DNA of 64,000 bases, taken from contig OY762721.1 in assembly GCA_963666345.1 (NCBI GenBank), positions 2,592,001-2,656,000 on the forward strand. Reading direction: 5' to 3'. The position numbers were made by a program, and so were the translations under genes. Below are positions 29,401 through 40,020 of the stretch, in pieces; within the stretch, counting starts at the first letter, position 1, and every line of letters begins with the position of its first letter. The DNA is from Desulfatiglandales bacterium (GTDB lineage Bacteria; Desulfobacterota; DSM-4660; Desulfatiglandales; Desulfatiglandaceae). Below the pieces are notes generated by a model. That model searched no databases. It was not told the DNA's origin and saw only the letters and a program-made list of their open reading frames with translations.

Positions 29401-30908
29401 GGCTGAACCGAGTCGTGGTTGCCGCTTGTTCACCTCGAACTCACGAACCCCTCTTTCAGGAGACCATTCAGGAAACAGGCCTTAACAGGTACCTCTTTGA
29501 GTTTGCAAATATCCGTGATCAGGATTCTTGGGTGCATCAAAATGAGCCTGAAAAGGCCACTGAAAAGGCCAAAGACCTTGTTCGCATGGCCGTATCAAAG
29601 GCAGCGCTTCTGGAGCCTATCGAGCGATTGAGAATGGATATAAACCAGAGCGCTCTGGTAATAGGGGGAGGGATTTCCGGTATGAATGCGGCCCTTAACC
29701 TGGCGGACCAGGGTTTTAAAACTTATCTGGTTGAGCGGGCAGAAGAATTGGGTGGTCATGCGCTCACTGTAAGAAGCACCTGGAAGGGAGAAGATGTCGG
29801 GGCCTACCTGAAGGGGCTTTGCAGAAAGGTGACAGACCATGGCAATATCGAAGTGGTGCTGAATGCCGAAATAGCGGAAGTAAAAGGCTTTATAGGAAAT
29901 TTCACGACTTCTCTAAAGACCGATACAGGTGAAAGCTCAATTGAGCATGGGGCGATTATCGTTGCGACCGGCGCCGGGCCGTTTATTCCTGATGAATATC
30001 TTTATGGGAAGAGCGACCGGGTTACCATATGGCATGATATGATGGAACGCCTTGATGCCGATCCCGATCTGCTGGATAAGGCGGGAGCGGTTGCATTCAT
30101 CCAGTGCGTGGGCTCGCGAGAGCCTCAAAGGCCCCACTGCTCCAAGATATGCTGCACCGCATCCATCAAAGAAGCGATAGAGCTTAAAAAGAGAAAACCT
30201 GATCTTGATGTTTATATACTATATCGTGAGATCCGCACTTACGGCCAGAGGGAAAGGCTTTATCAGGAAGCCAGAAAGCTGGGAGTTATTTTCATCAGGT
30301 ACACTATTGATGAAAAGCCTGTGGTAGAGGAAATCGAGGAAGGGAAGAGACTTCAAATCACTGTTAAGGATCATATCCTTGGTTTTCCTGTTTCCATCAA
30401 TGTGGATTATCTGAATCTCGCAACGGCTATAGTATCGGAGGGTCAGGACAAGATATCCAGGATGCTCAAGATACCTGTCCATGAGGATGGCTTTTTCCTT
30501 GAGGCCCACATGAAGCTCAGACCGGTAGATTTTGCTACAGACGGCATATTCGTCTGCGGCCTGGCTCATTACCCGAAACCTATTGAGGAGTCAATCGCCC
30601 AGGCCCAGGCGGCCGCCGGCAGGGCAGCGTGTGTGTTGGTCAAGGAATTCATAGAGATTGAGCCTATAGTGTCGGTTGTTGATGAGGAGCACTGCATAGG
30701 ATGCGGTCTGTGCGAGGCGTCATGTCCTTTCGGGGCCATAAGGTTAAAAAAAGTGGAGGGCAAAGGCTTCAGGGCTGAAAATCTCTCGGCCCTATGCAAG
30801 GGCTGCGGGGTATGTGCGGCCGCCTGTCCGCAGAAGGCCATAGACATGAAACATTTTAGAGACAGCCAGATTTTCGCGGCCATAGAGGCGGGCGGGTTGA
30901 GTTTATAA
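26436..30908 (+). CDS. hdrA: HdrL-type large heterodisulfide reductase A (two HdrA FAD modules plus inserted GltD-like NAD(P)H module), selenoprotein, 1490 aa; Sec at TGA 26625-26627
   Basis: ORFs 26436 and 26664 are in frame. Read-through gives [24 protein letters not shown], where HdrA has CxxC. Also [29 protein letters not shown]. Confidence 0.92.
26643..26660 (+). promoter_or_regulatory. SECIS-like hairpin
   Basis: CTGGTCG-AGGT-CGGCCGG; loop G lies 24 nt after the TGA. Confidence 0.75.
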
Positions 30909-30980
30909 CCAGGGCAGGGTTTTTATCAGCCCGACCTGAACAGACCGGATATTTGTTGGAACCAAATTAGGAGATGTAAT

Positions 30981-31739
30981 ATGAGTGATACTTTTGAACC
31001 CAAGATCCTTGCGCTTCTTTGCAACTGGTGCGCTTATGCCGGTGCGGATCTTGCCGGGGTGAGCAGGATGCAGTACCCGCCGTCTATCCGCGTAATCAGG
31101 GTAATGTGCTCAGGTCGTGTCGACCCGCTTTATGTGGTAAACGGACTCAAAAGCGGATTTGATGCGGTATTTGTGTCCGGGTGACATATCGGTGAATGTC
31201 ATTACCAGGATGGTAATATTTATACCGCAAAAAGAACGGAAGTGGTAGCTCATCTTCTTGATATATCAGGTATCGGAAGCGACCGCCTGCAACTGAGCTG
31301 GGTAAGCGCGGCAGAGGGGCAGCTGTTTGCCCGGTACGTGACTGAATTCAGCGAAAAGATCAGGGAGCTGGGCCCCTTTAACAGAGAAGAGAATGGATTC
31401 AGGCTTGATGCCGTTGTCAGGACTCTGGACTCCCCGCGCATCCGTTGGCTCATGGGTATGACACGGGTGCTAACCGAGAGGGAGAACGTATACCATGAGA
31501 AGCTGAAGGAAGAGGACTACAACAAGCTGGTATCAGAGGCTACCAGGTCGGAGTACCACAAGGCCCTGCTGATAGAATCACTCGGAAAGGGGCCCAGGAC
31601 GGTTAGAGAAATGGCCGAAGATACCGGGCTTCCCGTCTATACTGTCTCTCAGCGTCTTAACGAGCTTGAAAGATCCGGTCAGGCAGAGCTGAAGGAATAC
31701 AACGGAACCACCCCGTTATTTGTCAGTACTGCGGCATGA
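30981..31739 (+). CDS. mvhD: MvhD [2Fe-2S] selenoprotein with C-terminal winged-HTH extension, 252 aa; Sec at TGA 31182-31184
   Basis: CNWCAYAGAD, RVMCSGRV, VSG-U-HIGECHY, WVSAAEG; ORFs 30981 and 31242 are in frame. Confidence 0.9.
31201..31217 (+). promoter_or_regulatory. SECIS-like hairpin
   Basis: ATTACCA-GGA-TGGTAAT; loop G lies 24 nt after the TGA. Confidence 0.75.
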
Positions 31740-31850
31740 TGTCTCTATACTTTTTGATTATGATATTTGATTAGGATAGTTGATCCCGATAAAGCGGGAA
31801 ATTATTGCATCTCGTATTCAGAATAATTATCAGCAGAGTGGGGAAAGTTA

Positions 31851-34800
31851 ATGGCAGACAAGAATGGTAAAACAGGTAGCGTAATGGTAGTAGGAGCGGG
31901 GATTGCCGGTATGCAGGCGGCTCTTGATCTTGCCACTGCAGGCTATTACGTTCACTTGGTTGATAAATCTCCTACAATCGGAGGGATAATGGCGCAGTTG
32001 GATAAGACTTTTCCAACTAACGATTGTGCCATGTGAATTATCTCACCCAAACTGGTCGAGGTCGGCCGGCATTTAAATATAGACATTATCACCAACTCCG
32101 AAGTCGAATCGCTTGAGGGAGAACCCGGAAACTTCAGGGCGACACTGATCAACCAGCCACGATACATTGATCCTGATGTTTGCACAGGTTGCGGCCAGTG
32201 CGCTCAGGCCTGTCCGGTTGACGGGGTCAACGACTATGACTGCGGGCTGGATCTCAAGGCAGCTACCTCCATAAAGTATGCCCAGGCTATCCCTCTTGCC
32301 TATTCCATAGACAGGGATCTGTGCGTGGGCTGCGGTTTGTGCGAGAAGGTCTGTCTTGCTCAGGCCATCCGCTATGATGACAAGCCCAGGAAAAGGGAAC
32401 TTGACATAGGGGCGGTAATACTGGCCCTGGGCAATGAGGTTTTTGACCCCGGAGTTCAGGATACCTACGGTTACGGCAAGTCGCCCAATGTGGTTACAAG
32501 CATGGAGTTTGAGCGGATTCTCAGCGCTTCAGGCCCGTTTATGGGTCATTTGATGCGGCCTTATGATCGTGAGGAACCGAAGAAAATAGCATGGCTTCAG
32601 TGTGTCGGTTCCCGCGACACGCATGAATGCAGCAATGCATACTGCTCTGCGGTTTGCTGCATGTATGCGATCAAGGAGGCGGTCATAGCCATGGAACATG
32701 CCAGGGGCGACCTTGAGTCCAGTATTTTTTTCATGGACATGAGGACCTATGGCAAGGATTTCGAGAGTTATTACGATCGAGCCAGGGAAGAACATGGGGT
32801 AAGGTTTATCAGGTCCCGTGTGCATACCGTGGAGCCGGTCGAGGATGAAAACCTCAGGATCAGATACATGGATGAGGGCGGGGAGCAGAAAAGCGAAATA
32901 TTCGATCTCGTGGTTCTCTCCGTGGGATTTCAGGTCGGCCGGGAGTCGATAGAGCTTGCCGAACGTCTGGGGATAGAGCTCAACAAGTACAATTTTTTAA
33001 AAACCGACAGCTTCAGCCCGGTGGCGACATCAAGGGAAGGCATATATGTCTGCGGCTCGCTTCAGGGACCCAAGGACATACCTCAATCTGTGATGGAGGC
33101 ATCAGCGGCCGCTGCGGCCTCGGAAGCCATGCTGAGCGAGAGCAGATGGAGCAAAACCCAGGTTCAGGAAATGCCGCCGCAGAAAAATGTGATAGGCGAG
33201 TCTCCCCGTATCGGAGTGTTTGTGTGCCAGTGCGGCATCAATATAGCGGGTGTGGTTGATGTGCCTGCGGTGCGGGATTACGCAGCCAGCCTACCATATG
33301 TAACCTATGTGGAAGACAATATGTATACCTGTTCACAGGATACCCAGGTCAAGATGGCCGAGGTCATAAAAGAGCAGGGTATAAACCGGGTGGTCGTGGC
33401 GGCCTGCACACCCAAGACGCATGAGCCGCTGTTTCAGGAAACCTTGATGAGTGCGGGGCTTAACCGCTATCTCTTCGAGATGACCAATATCAGAAATCAG
33501 GATTCCTGGGTCCATGGAAACGACCCTGTGGCGGCAACCGAAAAGGCCAAAGACCTTGTCCGTATGGCGGTGGCAAAGGCGGCGCTCCTTGAGCCGCTTC
33601 CCGACACGGAGCTTGAGCTTAATCCTGTGACTCTGGTCATAGGCGGCGGTGTGTCAGGCATGGTCTGCGCCGGAAACCTCGCAGACCAGGGCTATGAGGT
33701 CCATCTTGTGGAACGCTCCGGGGAACTGGGTGGTCAGGCCAACCTGCTCAATAAGACCTGGAAAGGGGAGGACATACAGGATTATCTGAAAGACCTAATT
33801 GATAATATTTCTTCCAGGCCGAATATACATGTCCACCTGTCGACGGAGCTGGTTGATGTAGAGGGGTTTGTCGGAAATTTCAGATCCGGACTCAAAAAAG
33901 AGGGACAGGAGGCGTTTGAACTTGAATACGGTGTTGCGGTAATCGCCACCGGGGGAAAAGAATATAAGCCTGATGAGTACCTGTACGGGAAGGATCCCAG
34001 GGTAATGACCCACCTGGAACTGGACAAAAGATTAGTTGAAGATGACCCCGGTCTGAAAGAGGTCAGATCAGCCGCCTTTATTCAGTGTGTAGGTTCCAGG
34101 GAGCCTGACAGACCCTACTGCAGCAGGGTCTGCTGTACCCACACCATGAAAAGCGCCCTTGAACTAAAACGCAGGGAGCCTGACAGGGATGTATATGTCT
34201 TCTACAGGGACATGAGGACCTATGGCGAAAGGGAGGATCTGTTCAGAGAGGCAAGGGAAGCGGGAGTCATCTTTTTCCGTTATGATCTGGACGGCAAACC
34301 TGATGTGACCGCGGGTGAAGATTCTCTGGAAATAGGAGTTCATGACCCGATACTTGACAGGCGTGTAATAGTAAAGGCTGATCTTTTAACACTTGCCACC
34401 GCTATCCTCCCTAACGAGGAGGATCAACTGGCGACATTCTTCAAGGTTCCTGTAAATGATGACGGCTTTTTCATAGAGGCGCATGCCAAACTGAGGCCTG
34501 TTGACTTTGCCACGGAAGGTGTGTTTTTATGCGGCCTGAGCCATTATCCAAAGCCGATCGATGAGAGTATCGCTCAGGCACTGGCAGCGGCTTCCAGGGC
34601 GGCAGGGCTTATTTCGACCGGCAAGGTCTATGCGGCCGGTACTGTCGCGTACGTGAATCCCATGGTATGCAGCAGTTGCGGGGTGTGCGTTGAAATCTGC
34701 CCCTATTCCGCTCCTTCCTTTGTGGAGGAGGGACGTTTTGCGGGAAGGGCACAGATAAATCCTGTGCTGTGCAAGGGGTGCGGGCTGTGCGTTGCATCCT

Positions 34801-34871
34801 GCAGGTCAGGGGCTATCAGTCTCAAGGGGTTTGACCAGGAACAGATCATGGCCATGATCGAAGAGATATAA
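31851..34871 (+). CDS. hdrA: Heterodisulfide reductase subunit A-like (tandem FAD modules), selenoprotein, 1006 aa; Sec at TGA 32034-32036
   Basis: TNDCAM-U-IISPKL; frame is stop-free from 32037 into ORF 32325; [16 protein letters not shown], ferredoxin motifs. Confidence 0.92.
32052..32069 (+). promoter_or_regulatory. SECIS-like hairpin
   Basis: Identical to 26643-26660; loop G lies 24 nt after the TGA. Confidence 0.75.
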
Positions 34872-35024
34872 TTATTAAAGGAAGTAAAAAAAAATGTTGA
34901 ATGGCTAAAACAAATATGGTTATTTGTTACGCAATTTGATATATGCAATTTGATTTATATTTGATGAATATGCGATTCGCCTAAACCATTTAACAAAATT
35001 ATTAATCAGATCCGGGAGATAAGA

Positions 35025-35456
35025 ATGGATAACTGGGAGCCTAAGATAACAAGTTTTCTTTGCAACTGGTGCAGTTACGGAGCTGCGGATCTTGCAGGGG
35101 TGAGTCGGTTTCAGTACCCCCCCAATTTCAGGATAATAAGGGTTCCCTGCTCCGGCAGGGTCAGTCCCAAATTTATCCTCGCGGCTTTCAGGCATGGCTC
35201 TGACGGGGTATGGGTGTCCGGGTGACACCCCGGCGACTGCCATTACCTGGAAGGTAATTATTATGCGAGAAGGAAATTCGCTCTTTTAAAGGGGCTGCTC
35301 GAACATGTCGGAATAGAGCCCGGCAGGCTGCATTTTTCCTGGATATCCTCTGCTGAGGCTACCAAATTTGTGGAGGTGGCCAAGGAGGTGGCGTCTGCCG
35401 TGAAGGAGCTTGGACCTGCAAAGTATCTAATCAAGAACAAGGCAGAGGTTGCGTGA
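35025..35456 (+). CDS. flxD: MvhD/FlxD [2Fe-2S] selenoprotein, 143 aa; Sec at TGA 35223-35225
   Basis: [40 protein letters not shown]...WISSAEA; the true stop overlaps the next start. Confidence 0.9.
35242..35258 (+). promoter_or_regulatory. SECIS-like hairpin
   Basis: ATTACCT-GGA-AGGTAAT; loop G lies 24 nt after the TGA. Confidence 0.75.
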
Positions 35457-36406
35457 TGCAAGGCTACACAGAGAAGATAAGGGAGACGGCAGAGAGGCTT
35501 TTGAAAGACGGTGTGGTGGAAGGTTTCATCGGGTACAGGAAAGGAACCGTTCCGATGATGAACGAACCTGTCCTCATAAAGGATGCTGATAAGGCCAAGG
35601 ATCTTCATTGGGACAGTTTCTGTGCGCTTAACCTGTGTAACTATCTGACCAAGAGGAAGGAAAAGCTTGGTGTGCTGGCTACCGGGTGTAATTCCAGGAA
35701 CATCGCCACCCACATAACCGAAAACCAGATAAGCCGTGAGCAGGTTTACATCGTGGGCGTGCCCTGCAGTGGAATGATAGATCACAGGGCGGTTGCAAGG
35801 GCGTTCAAGGGGAAAGACATCCTTGACGTGGAAGACAGGGGTGAGGAGTTCGTGGTCAGGGGCGAAGGGTTTGAAGAGACCCTGAAAAAGAAGAACTACC
35901 TTCAGACCAACTGCTCGGTGTGTAGGCACAGAAATCCCGTAATCCATGATGAACTTGTCGGAGAACTTGTGGATGAGCAGGTCGATGTCGATGCCTACAA
36001 GGATGTCAAGAAGATCGAAGAAAAGAATCCTGAAGAAAAATGGGATTTCTTTACTCAGCTCATCGGTAAATGCATCCGATGTTATGCCTGCAGAAACGCA
36101 TGCCCGCTTTGCTATTGTCCCACCTGCTTTGTGGATGAATCTAATCCCCAGTGGGTAGGAAAGAGCGTGGATTCGACAGACACGATGACTTTTCACCTGC
36201 TCAGGGCATACCATTGTGCCGGAAGGTGCACCGACTGCGGCGCATGCGAAAGGGCCTGCCCGGTCGGCATCCCTGTGAGGCAGTTTACGAAGAAACTCAA
36301 TAAGGACGCAGAGGAACTGTTTTCCTGGGAGGCGGGTTTGACGACAGACAGCAGGCCGCCTCTGGATGTATATCAACCTGATGATTACGATGAATTTATC
36401 AGGTAA
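35453..36406 (+). CDS. flxC: 4Fe-4S protein, FlxC/FdhB-like
   Basis: CIRCYACRNACPLCYC and HCAGRCTDCGACERACP motifs; position after flxD. Confidence 0.8.
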   Translation: MMQGYTEKIRETAERLLKDGVVEGFIGYRKGTVPMMNEPVLIKDADKAKDLHWDSFCALNLCNYLTKRKEKLGVLATGCNSRNIATHITENQISREQVYIVGVPCSGMIDHRAVARAFKGKDILDVEDRGEEFVVRGEGFEETLKKKNYLQTNCSVCRHRNPVIHDELVGELVDEQVDVDAYKDVKKIEEKNPEEKWDFFTQLIGKCIRCYACRNACPLCYCPTCFVDESNPQWVGKSVDSTDTMTFHLLRAYHCAGRCTDCGACERACPVGIPVRQFTKKLNKDAEELFSWEAGLTTDSRPPLDVYQPDDYDEFIR

Positions 36407-36444
36407 CAGGTATAAAGAAAATAAGAAGCAAATAGGATAAAAAA

Positions 36445-37482
36445 ATGACCGAAAAGATATACGGCAAGGAAGAGTGGGAGAGCGCTCTCAAGGGATTGAG
36501 CCGGAGTTACAGCCTTTATGTGCCTGTTAAAGAGGGAGACATTCATTTTTTCAGGGAATTCAAAGATGGTGTAAAGACGGCCTTTGATTTCGACAACACA
36601 CGGATGTCCGCCAAAGAGATCGTGTACCCTCAGACCGAGCGCATGTTCGACTACAATATCGATGCCGGCAGAGAGGATTCAAACGTATTAAAGGAGTCGG
36701 AAAAAGACTTTCCTCCCCAGGCTATTGTGGGAATAAGACCATGTGACGCCCATGCCTTTGTTCTGGTAAAAAGGAATTTCGACACCCCGGAGTTTCAGGA
36801 TCCCTGGTGGATCAAACGCTACGAATCCACCACCCTTGTCGGGCTTGGATGCAACGCGCCTTCGGCTACCTGCTTCTGCACGTCCGCAGGCGGTGGACCC
36901 TATAATGAACAGGGCCTGGACGTGATGCTTTACGATCTGGGAGATCGATACCTGGCAAAGGGGCTTACCGAAAAAGGCGAGGCCTTCCTTTCAAAGGCTG
37001 AGGGAGGGAGTGCCGTAACGGAAGCGGACCTGGATGAGGCCGGAAGGCTGGCAAGGGAATCCGAGGCGAAGATTACCCGCAAGGTTCCAACCGACAGGTT
37101 GAAAGAAAAAAAACAGCGTGAACTATTTGATGCCCCTTTCTGGGATGAGGTAGCCTTCGGCTGCATAAACTGCGGAACGTGCACCTTCCTGTGTCCTACC
37201 TGCTGGTGTTTCGACATCCAGGACGAGGTGCAGGGCAAAGAGGGTGTCAGGATGAGAAACTGGGACTCATGCATGTTTCCGCTTTTCACCCTGCACGGCT
37301 CCGGCCACAATCCCAGGGATGAAAAATACCAGAGGGTCAGGCAGAGATTTATGCACAAGCTCAAGTATTATGTGGACAAGTACGAGGACGGCATCCAGTG
37401 TACCGGTTGCGGAAGGTGCGTGAGATATTGCCCGGCCAATATCGATATCAGGCGGGTTTGCGAACTTATGAACAACTATTAG
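36445..37482 (+). CDS. flxB: 4Fe-4S protein, FlxB/AsrA-like
   Basis: RPCD, CFC, CINCGTCTFLCPTCWCF, WDSC, RFMHK, CTGCGRCVRYCP. Confidence 0.82.
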   Translation: MTEKIYGKEEWESALKGLSRSYSLYVPVKEGDIHFFREFKDGVKTAFDFDNTRMSAKEIVYPQTERMFDYNIDAGREDSNVLKESEKDFPPQAIVGIRPCDAHAFVLVKRNFDTPEFQDPWWIKRYESTTLVGLGCNAPSATCFCTSAGGGPYNEQGLDVMLYDLGDRYLAKGLTEKGEAFLSKAEGGSAVTEADLDEAGRLARESEAKITRKVPTDRLKEKKQRELFDAPFWDEVAFGCINCGTCTFLCPTCWCFDIQDEVQGKEGVRMRNWDSCMFPLFTLHGSGHNPRDEKYQRVRQRFMHKLKYYVDKYEDGIQCTGCGRCVRYCPANIDIRRVCELMNNY

Positions 37483-37563
37483 TTATGATTTGAGATTCGG
37501 GTCTTAAGTTTTAGGTCGACATCTAACGCTTAACACCTGAAACGACGAAAAGGGAGAGCGGCC

Positions 37564-38406
37564 TTGGAGAATCCATATTTGCCTTATCCTGTAAGGATAG
37601 AGGATATCACCACTGAGACAGAGGACAGAAATCTGAAGACATTCAAGTTTGTGTTTTTGGAATCTGGAGATGAGGAAAAATTTTCCTACACGCCCGGCCA
37701 ATTCGCCGAGTTATCGGTGCCCGGCAAAGGAGAGATACCTATCGGCATAGCCTCTTCACCCACTGAAAAGGGGCATGTATCCTTTACCGTCAACCGTGTC
37801 GGCCTTGTTACAACCCATCTTCACAACATGAAAGAGGGTGACGTAATGGGAATCAGGGGGCCTCTGGGCAACTGGTATCCCTGGGAACAGATGGAAGGTA
37901 AGAACGTGGTTATCATAGGCGGGGGATTTGCCTTTACCACCTTGCGTTCCAGCATCATATACATGCTTGACAAGAAAAACCGCGATCGTTTCAAGGATAT
38001 CATCGTGGTTTACGGGGCGAGGAGTCCCGGTATGCTTCTGTACAAGGATGAGCTGACCGAATGGGAAAAGCGTGACGACCTCAAGATGCATATAACCGTT
38101 GACGGCACGGATGATCCGGAATGGAAGTACAATATCGGATTTGTTCCGGCCATTACCGAGCAGAAGGTGACGAGTGCCGAGGATACCATAGCCCTTGTAT
38201 GCGGACCGCCTATAATGATAAAATTCACGCAGCCCGTGCTCGAAAAGCTCGGGTTTCCCCCGGAGAGGATAATCCTGTCCCTTGAAATGCGTATGAAATG
38301 CGGAATAGGCATATGCGGCAGATGCAATATCGGCGATCAGTACGTTTGTAAAGACGGGCCTGTGTTCTCACTGGCTCAGCTGAAACAGATGCCTTCCGAA
38401 TATTGA
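37564..38406 (+). CDS. flxA: FAD/NAD-binding [2Fe-2S] protein, FlxA/AsrB-like
   Basis: PGQF, RGPLG, GGG, YGARSP, CGPPIM, SLEMRMKCGIGICGRC, CKDGPVF. Confidence 0.85.
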   Translation: MENPYLPYPVRIEDITTETEDRNLKTFKFVFLESGDEEKFSYTPGQFAELSVPGKGEIPIGIASSPTEKGHVSFTVNRVGLVTTHLHNMKEGDVMGIRGPLGNWYPWEQMEGKNVVIIGGGFAFTTLRSSIIYMLDKKNRDRFKDIIVVYGARSPGMLLYKDELTEWEKRDDLKMHITVDGTDDPEWKYNIGFVPAITEQKVTSAEDTIALVCGPPIMIKFTQPVLEKLGFPPERIILSLEMRMKCGIGICGRCNIGDQYVCKDGPVFSLAQLKQMPSEY

Positions 38407-38431
38407 TATCCGTTCCTACTGCTGAAATCAC

Positions 38432-38474
38432 ACCCCCGGTGCGCAGGCGTTCTGCCGCACGCGGGGGTTTTTTT
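38432..38474 (+). terminator. Intrinsic terminator of the hdr-flx cluster
   Basis: ACCCCC..GTGCG/CGCAC..GGGGGT stem followed by 7 T. Confidence 0.75.
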
Positions 38475-38748
38475 GCCGCCCATGGATAATCCATACTCCG
38501 CACCCCAACCGACACAATGTCAGGGTCGCTCAAACATATTGAGATTTAACGGTATGGGCCGGGGTGGAGTCCGGGGAATTTGTGAGACCGGGTGTGGAAA
38601 TACTGCCTGAAATGAGTTGATAGGGCCGGCCGGTTGGTTTATCATTGCATCGACAGTTGTTGATTATCATTGAGGCGGATACGGATCTTTCAGAAGCTGT
38701 TACAGAGTAGGGCCCCATGGAAAATTATATGGGTTAGGATTATATGAG

Positions 38749-39495
38749 ATGAACGTCAGGCAAAGGATTAAGACCGTTTCTCTTGAACTTGCAGGGGAGA
38801 GGCGTGTCATGGATGTGCGAATAGGGCTGGGTTACACTGCCGTGCTTCTTGATGATGGCCGACTTGGCGTGGCCTATACCTTTCACCGGGATCAGGTCGG
38901 AGGGTGCACTGTTTTTAAGGCAATACGGCCCCTGGCGGGAAGGAAGGCCTTTGAACTGCTCCACCTTTTTGACTCCAAGGATATGGTTGAATCGGCCGTG
39001 GCCCTGGCCACATCAAATGCCCTTTCAAATAGAATGAAGGATGGGCTCGATCAGGGTGATGTCCTTGATAAGCTGGAGATTGTTTCTGACGACAGGGTTG
39101 GCATGGTCGGCTACTTTGCCCCTGTCATACCTCCGCTCAGAAAAAAGACTTCACACATAAGGATATTTGAACAGGACAGTGGGCCAAAGAACGATGTCTT
39201 TTCAGAAGAGGAAGCCTACAGGCAGCTGCCGAATTGCCAGATAGCCCTTTTGACGTCTACCTCAATTATAAACAACACTGTGGACAGGCTTCTTGAAGCT
39301 GCCGCCAATTGCAGGGAGGTGGTAATGCTGGGGGCGTCAACCCCATTGCTCCCGGCGGTTTTTAAAGGCACGTCCGTAAATGTTTTGTCAGGGGTGGTTG
39401 TGACGGATCCTGAAAATATCATGCGGGTGGTGAGCGAAGGAGGGGGAATGAGGTACTTTAAGGGGCATATAAACAAGGTGAATATGCGATTGTAA
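38749..39495 (+). CDS. DUF364 (Rossmann-like) protein
   Basis: GLGYTAV, AVALATSNA, VGMVGYFAP, TSTSIINNT, GASTP. Confidence 0.75.
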   Translation: MNVRQRIKTVSLELAGERRVMDVRIGLGYTAVLLDDGRLGVAYTFHRDQVGGCTVFKAIRPLAGRKAFELLHLFDSKDMVESAVALATSNALSNRMKDGLDQGDVLDKLEIVSDDRVGMVGYFAPVIPPLRKKTSHIRIFEQDSGPKNDVFSEEEAYRQLPNCQIALLTSTSIINNTVDRLLEAAANCREVVMLGASTPLLPAVFKGTSVNVLSGVVVTDPENIMRVVSEGGGMRYFKGHINKVNMRL

Positions 39496-39511
39496 ACGGG
39501 CAAGAACATAA

Positions 39512-39934
39512 GTGCGAAAGGAAACGGGAATGCCGAAGAGAGGAGCCGTTGAGGATTTTATTGGAAAAGATCTCTTTTTGTGGATCAGCAGGGAATTTAA
39601 TGCGAATACCAAGCTGAAGGAAATACCTGGGGAGATAATCGATAGAATTTCCCTGATAGACATAACATCGAGAGACTATCAAAGCGATCTTAACTGCGTA
39701 ACGGCTATTGCACTTATAACCTTTGCCTATAAAAGGGCGGGCAGGTATCCGGATATTCACGCCGGTCCGAAGGATCTGCTTTTGATGAAGGTGCTGGCAA
39801 AGCAGGAAAGATCAAGGAGAAGGAGCCCGGATCAGGCAGGTCTCTATCCTGCCGAGCAGTCGTTTTGTGAGATATTTACCGGTGAAATAGGATCCCGGAT
39901 AAGATCGATGGGTACAATGAATTGCGCGGTATAA
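39512..39934 (+). CDS. Hypothetical protein
   Basis: ORF fills the gap between co-oriented genes; no motif recognised. Confidence 0.5.
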   Translation: MRKETGMPKRGAVEDFIGKDLFLWISREFNANTKLKEIPGEIIDRISLIDITSRDYQSDLNCVTAIALITFAYKRAGRYPDIHAGPKDLLLMKVLAKQERSRRRSPDQAGLYPAEQSFCEIFTGEIGSRIRSMGTMNCAV

Positions 39935-40020
39935 TCAAATGTTTTTATCACACCAGCGGATTTGCGTGCCTTGAATAATAATTATAGTATCAATATATTC
40001 GAAGGGAGTTTGTAAGGCCG

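Noticed and set aside
26436..35456. Reading the split hdrA/mvhD ORFs as pseudogenes or separate small genes
   Set aside because: All four breaks are in-frame TGA at conserved Cys positions with identically spaced hairpins; Sec recoding explains them.
35454..35456. Sec read-through at the terminal TGA of flxD (and of mvhD at 31737)
   Set aside because: No matching hairpin at +24 was seen, the proteins are complete, and the flxD stop overlaps the next start codon.
35261..36376. 371-aa minus-strand ORF and other long antisense ORFs (e.g. 3381-4031, 10681-11478, 40964-41776)
   Set aside because: They are shadows of well-supported genes on the opposite strand and show no motifs.
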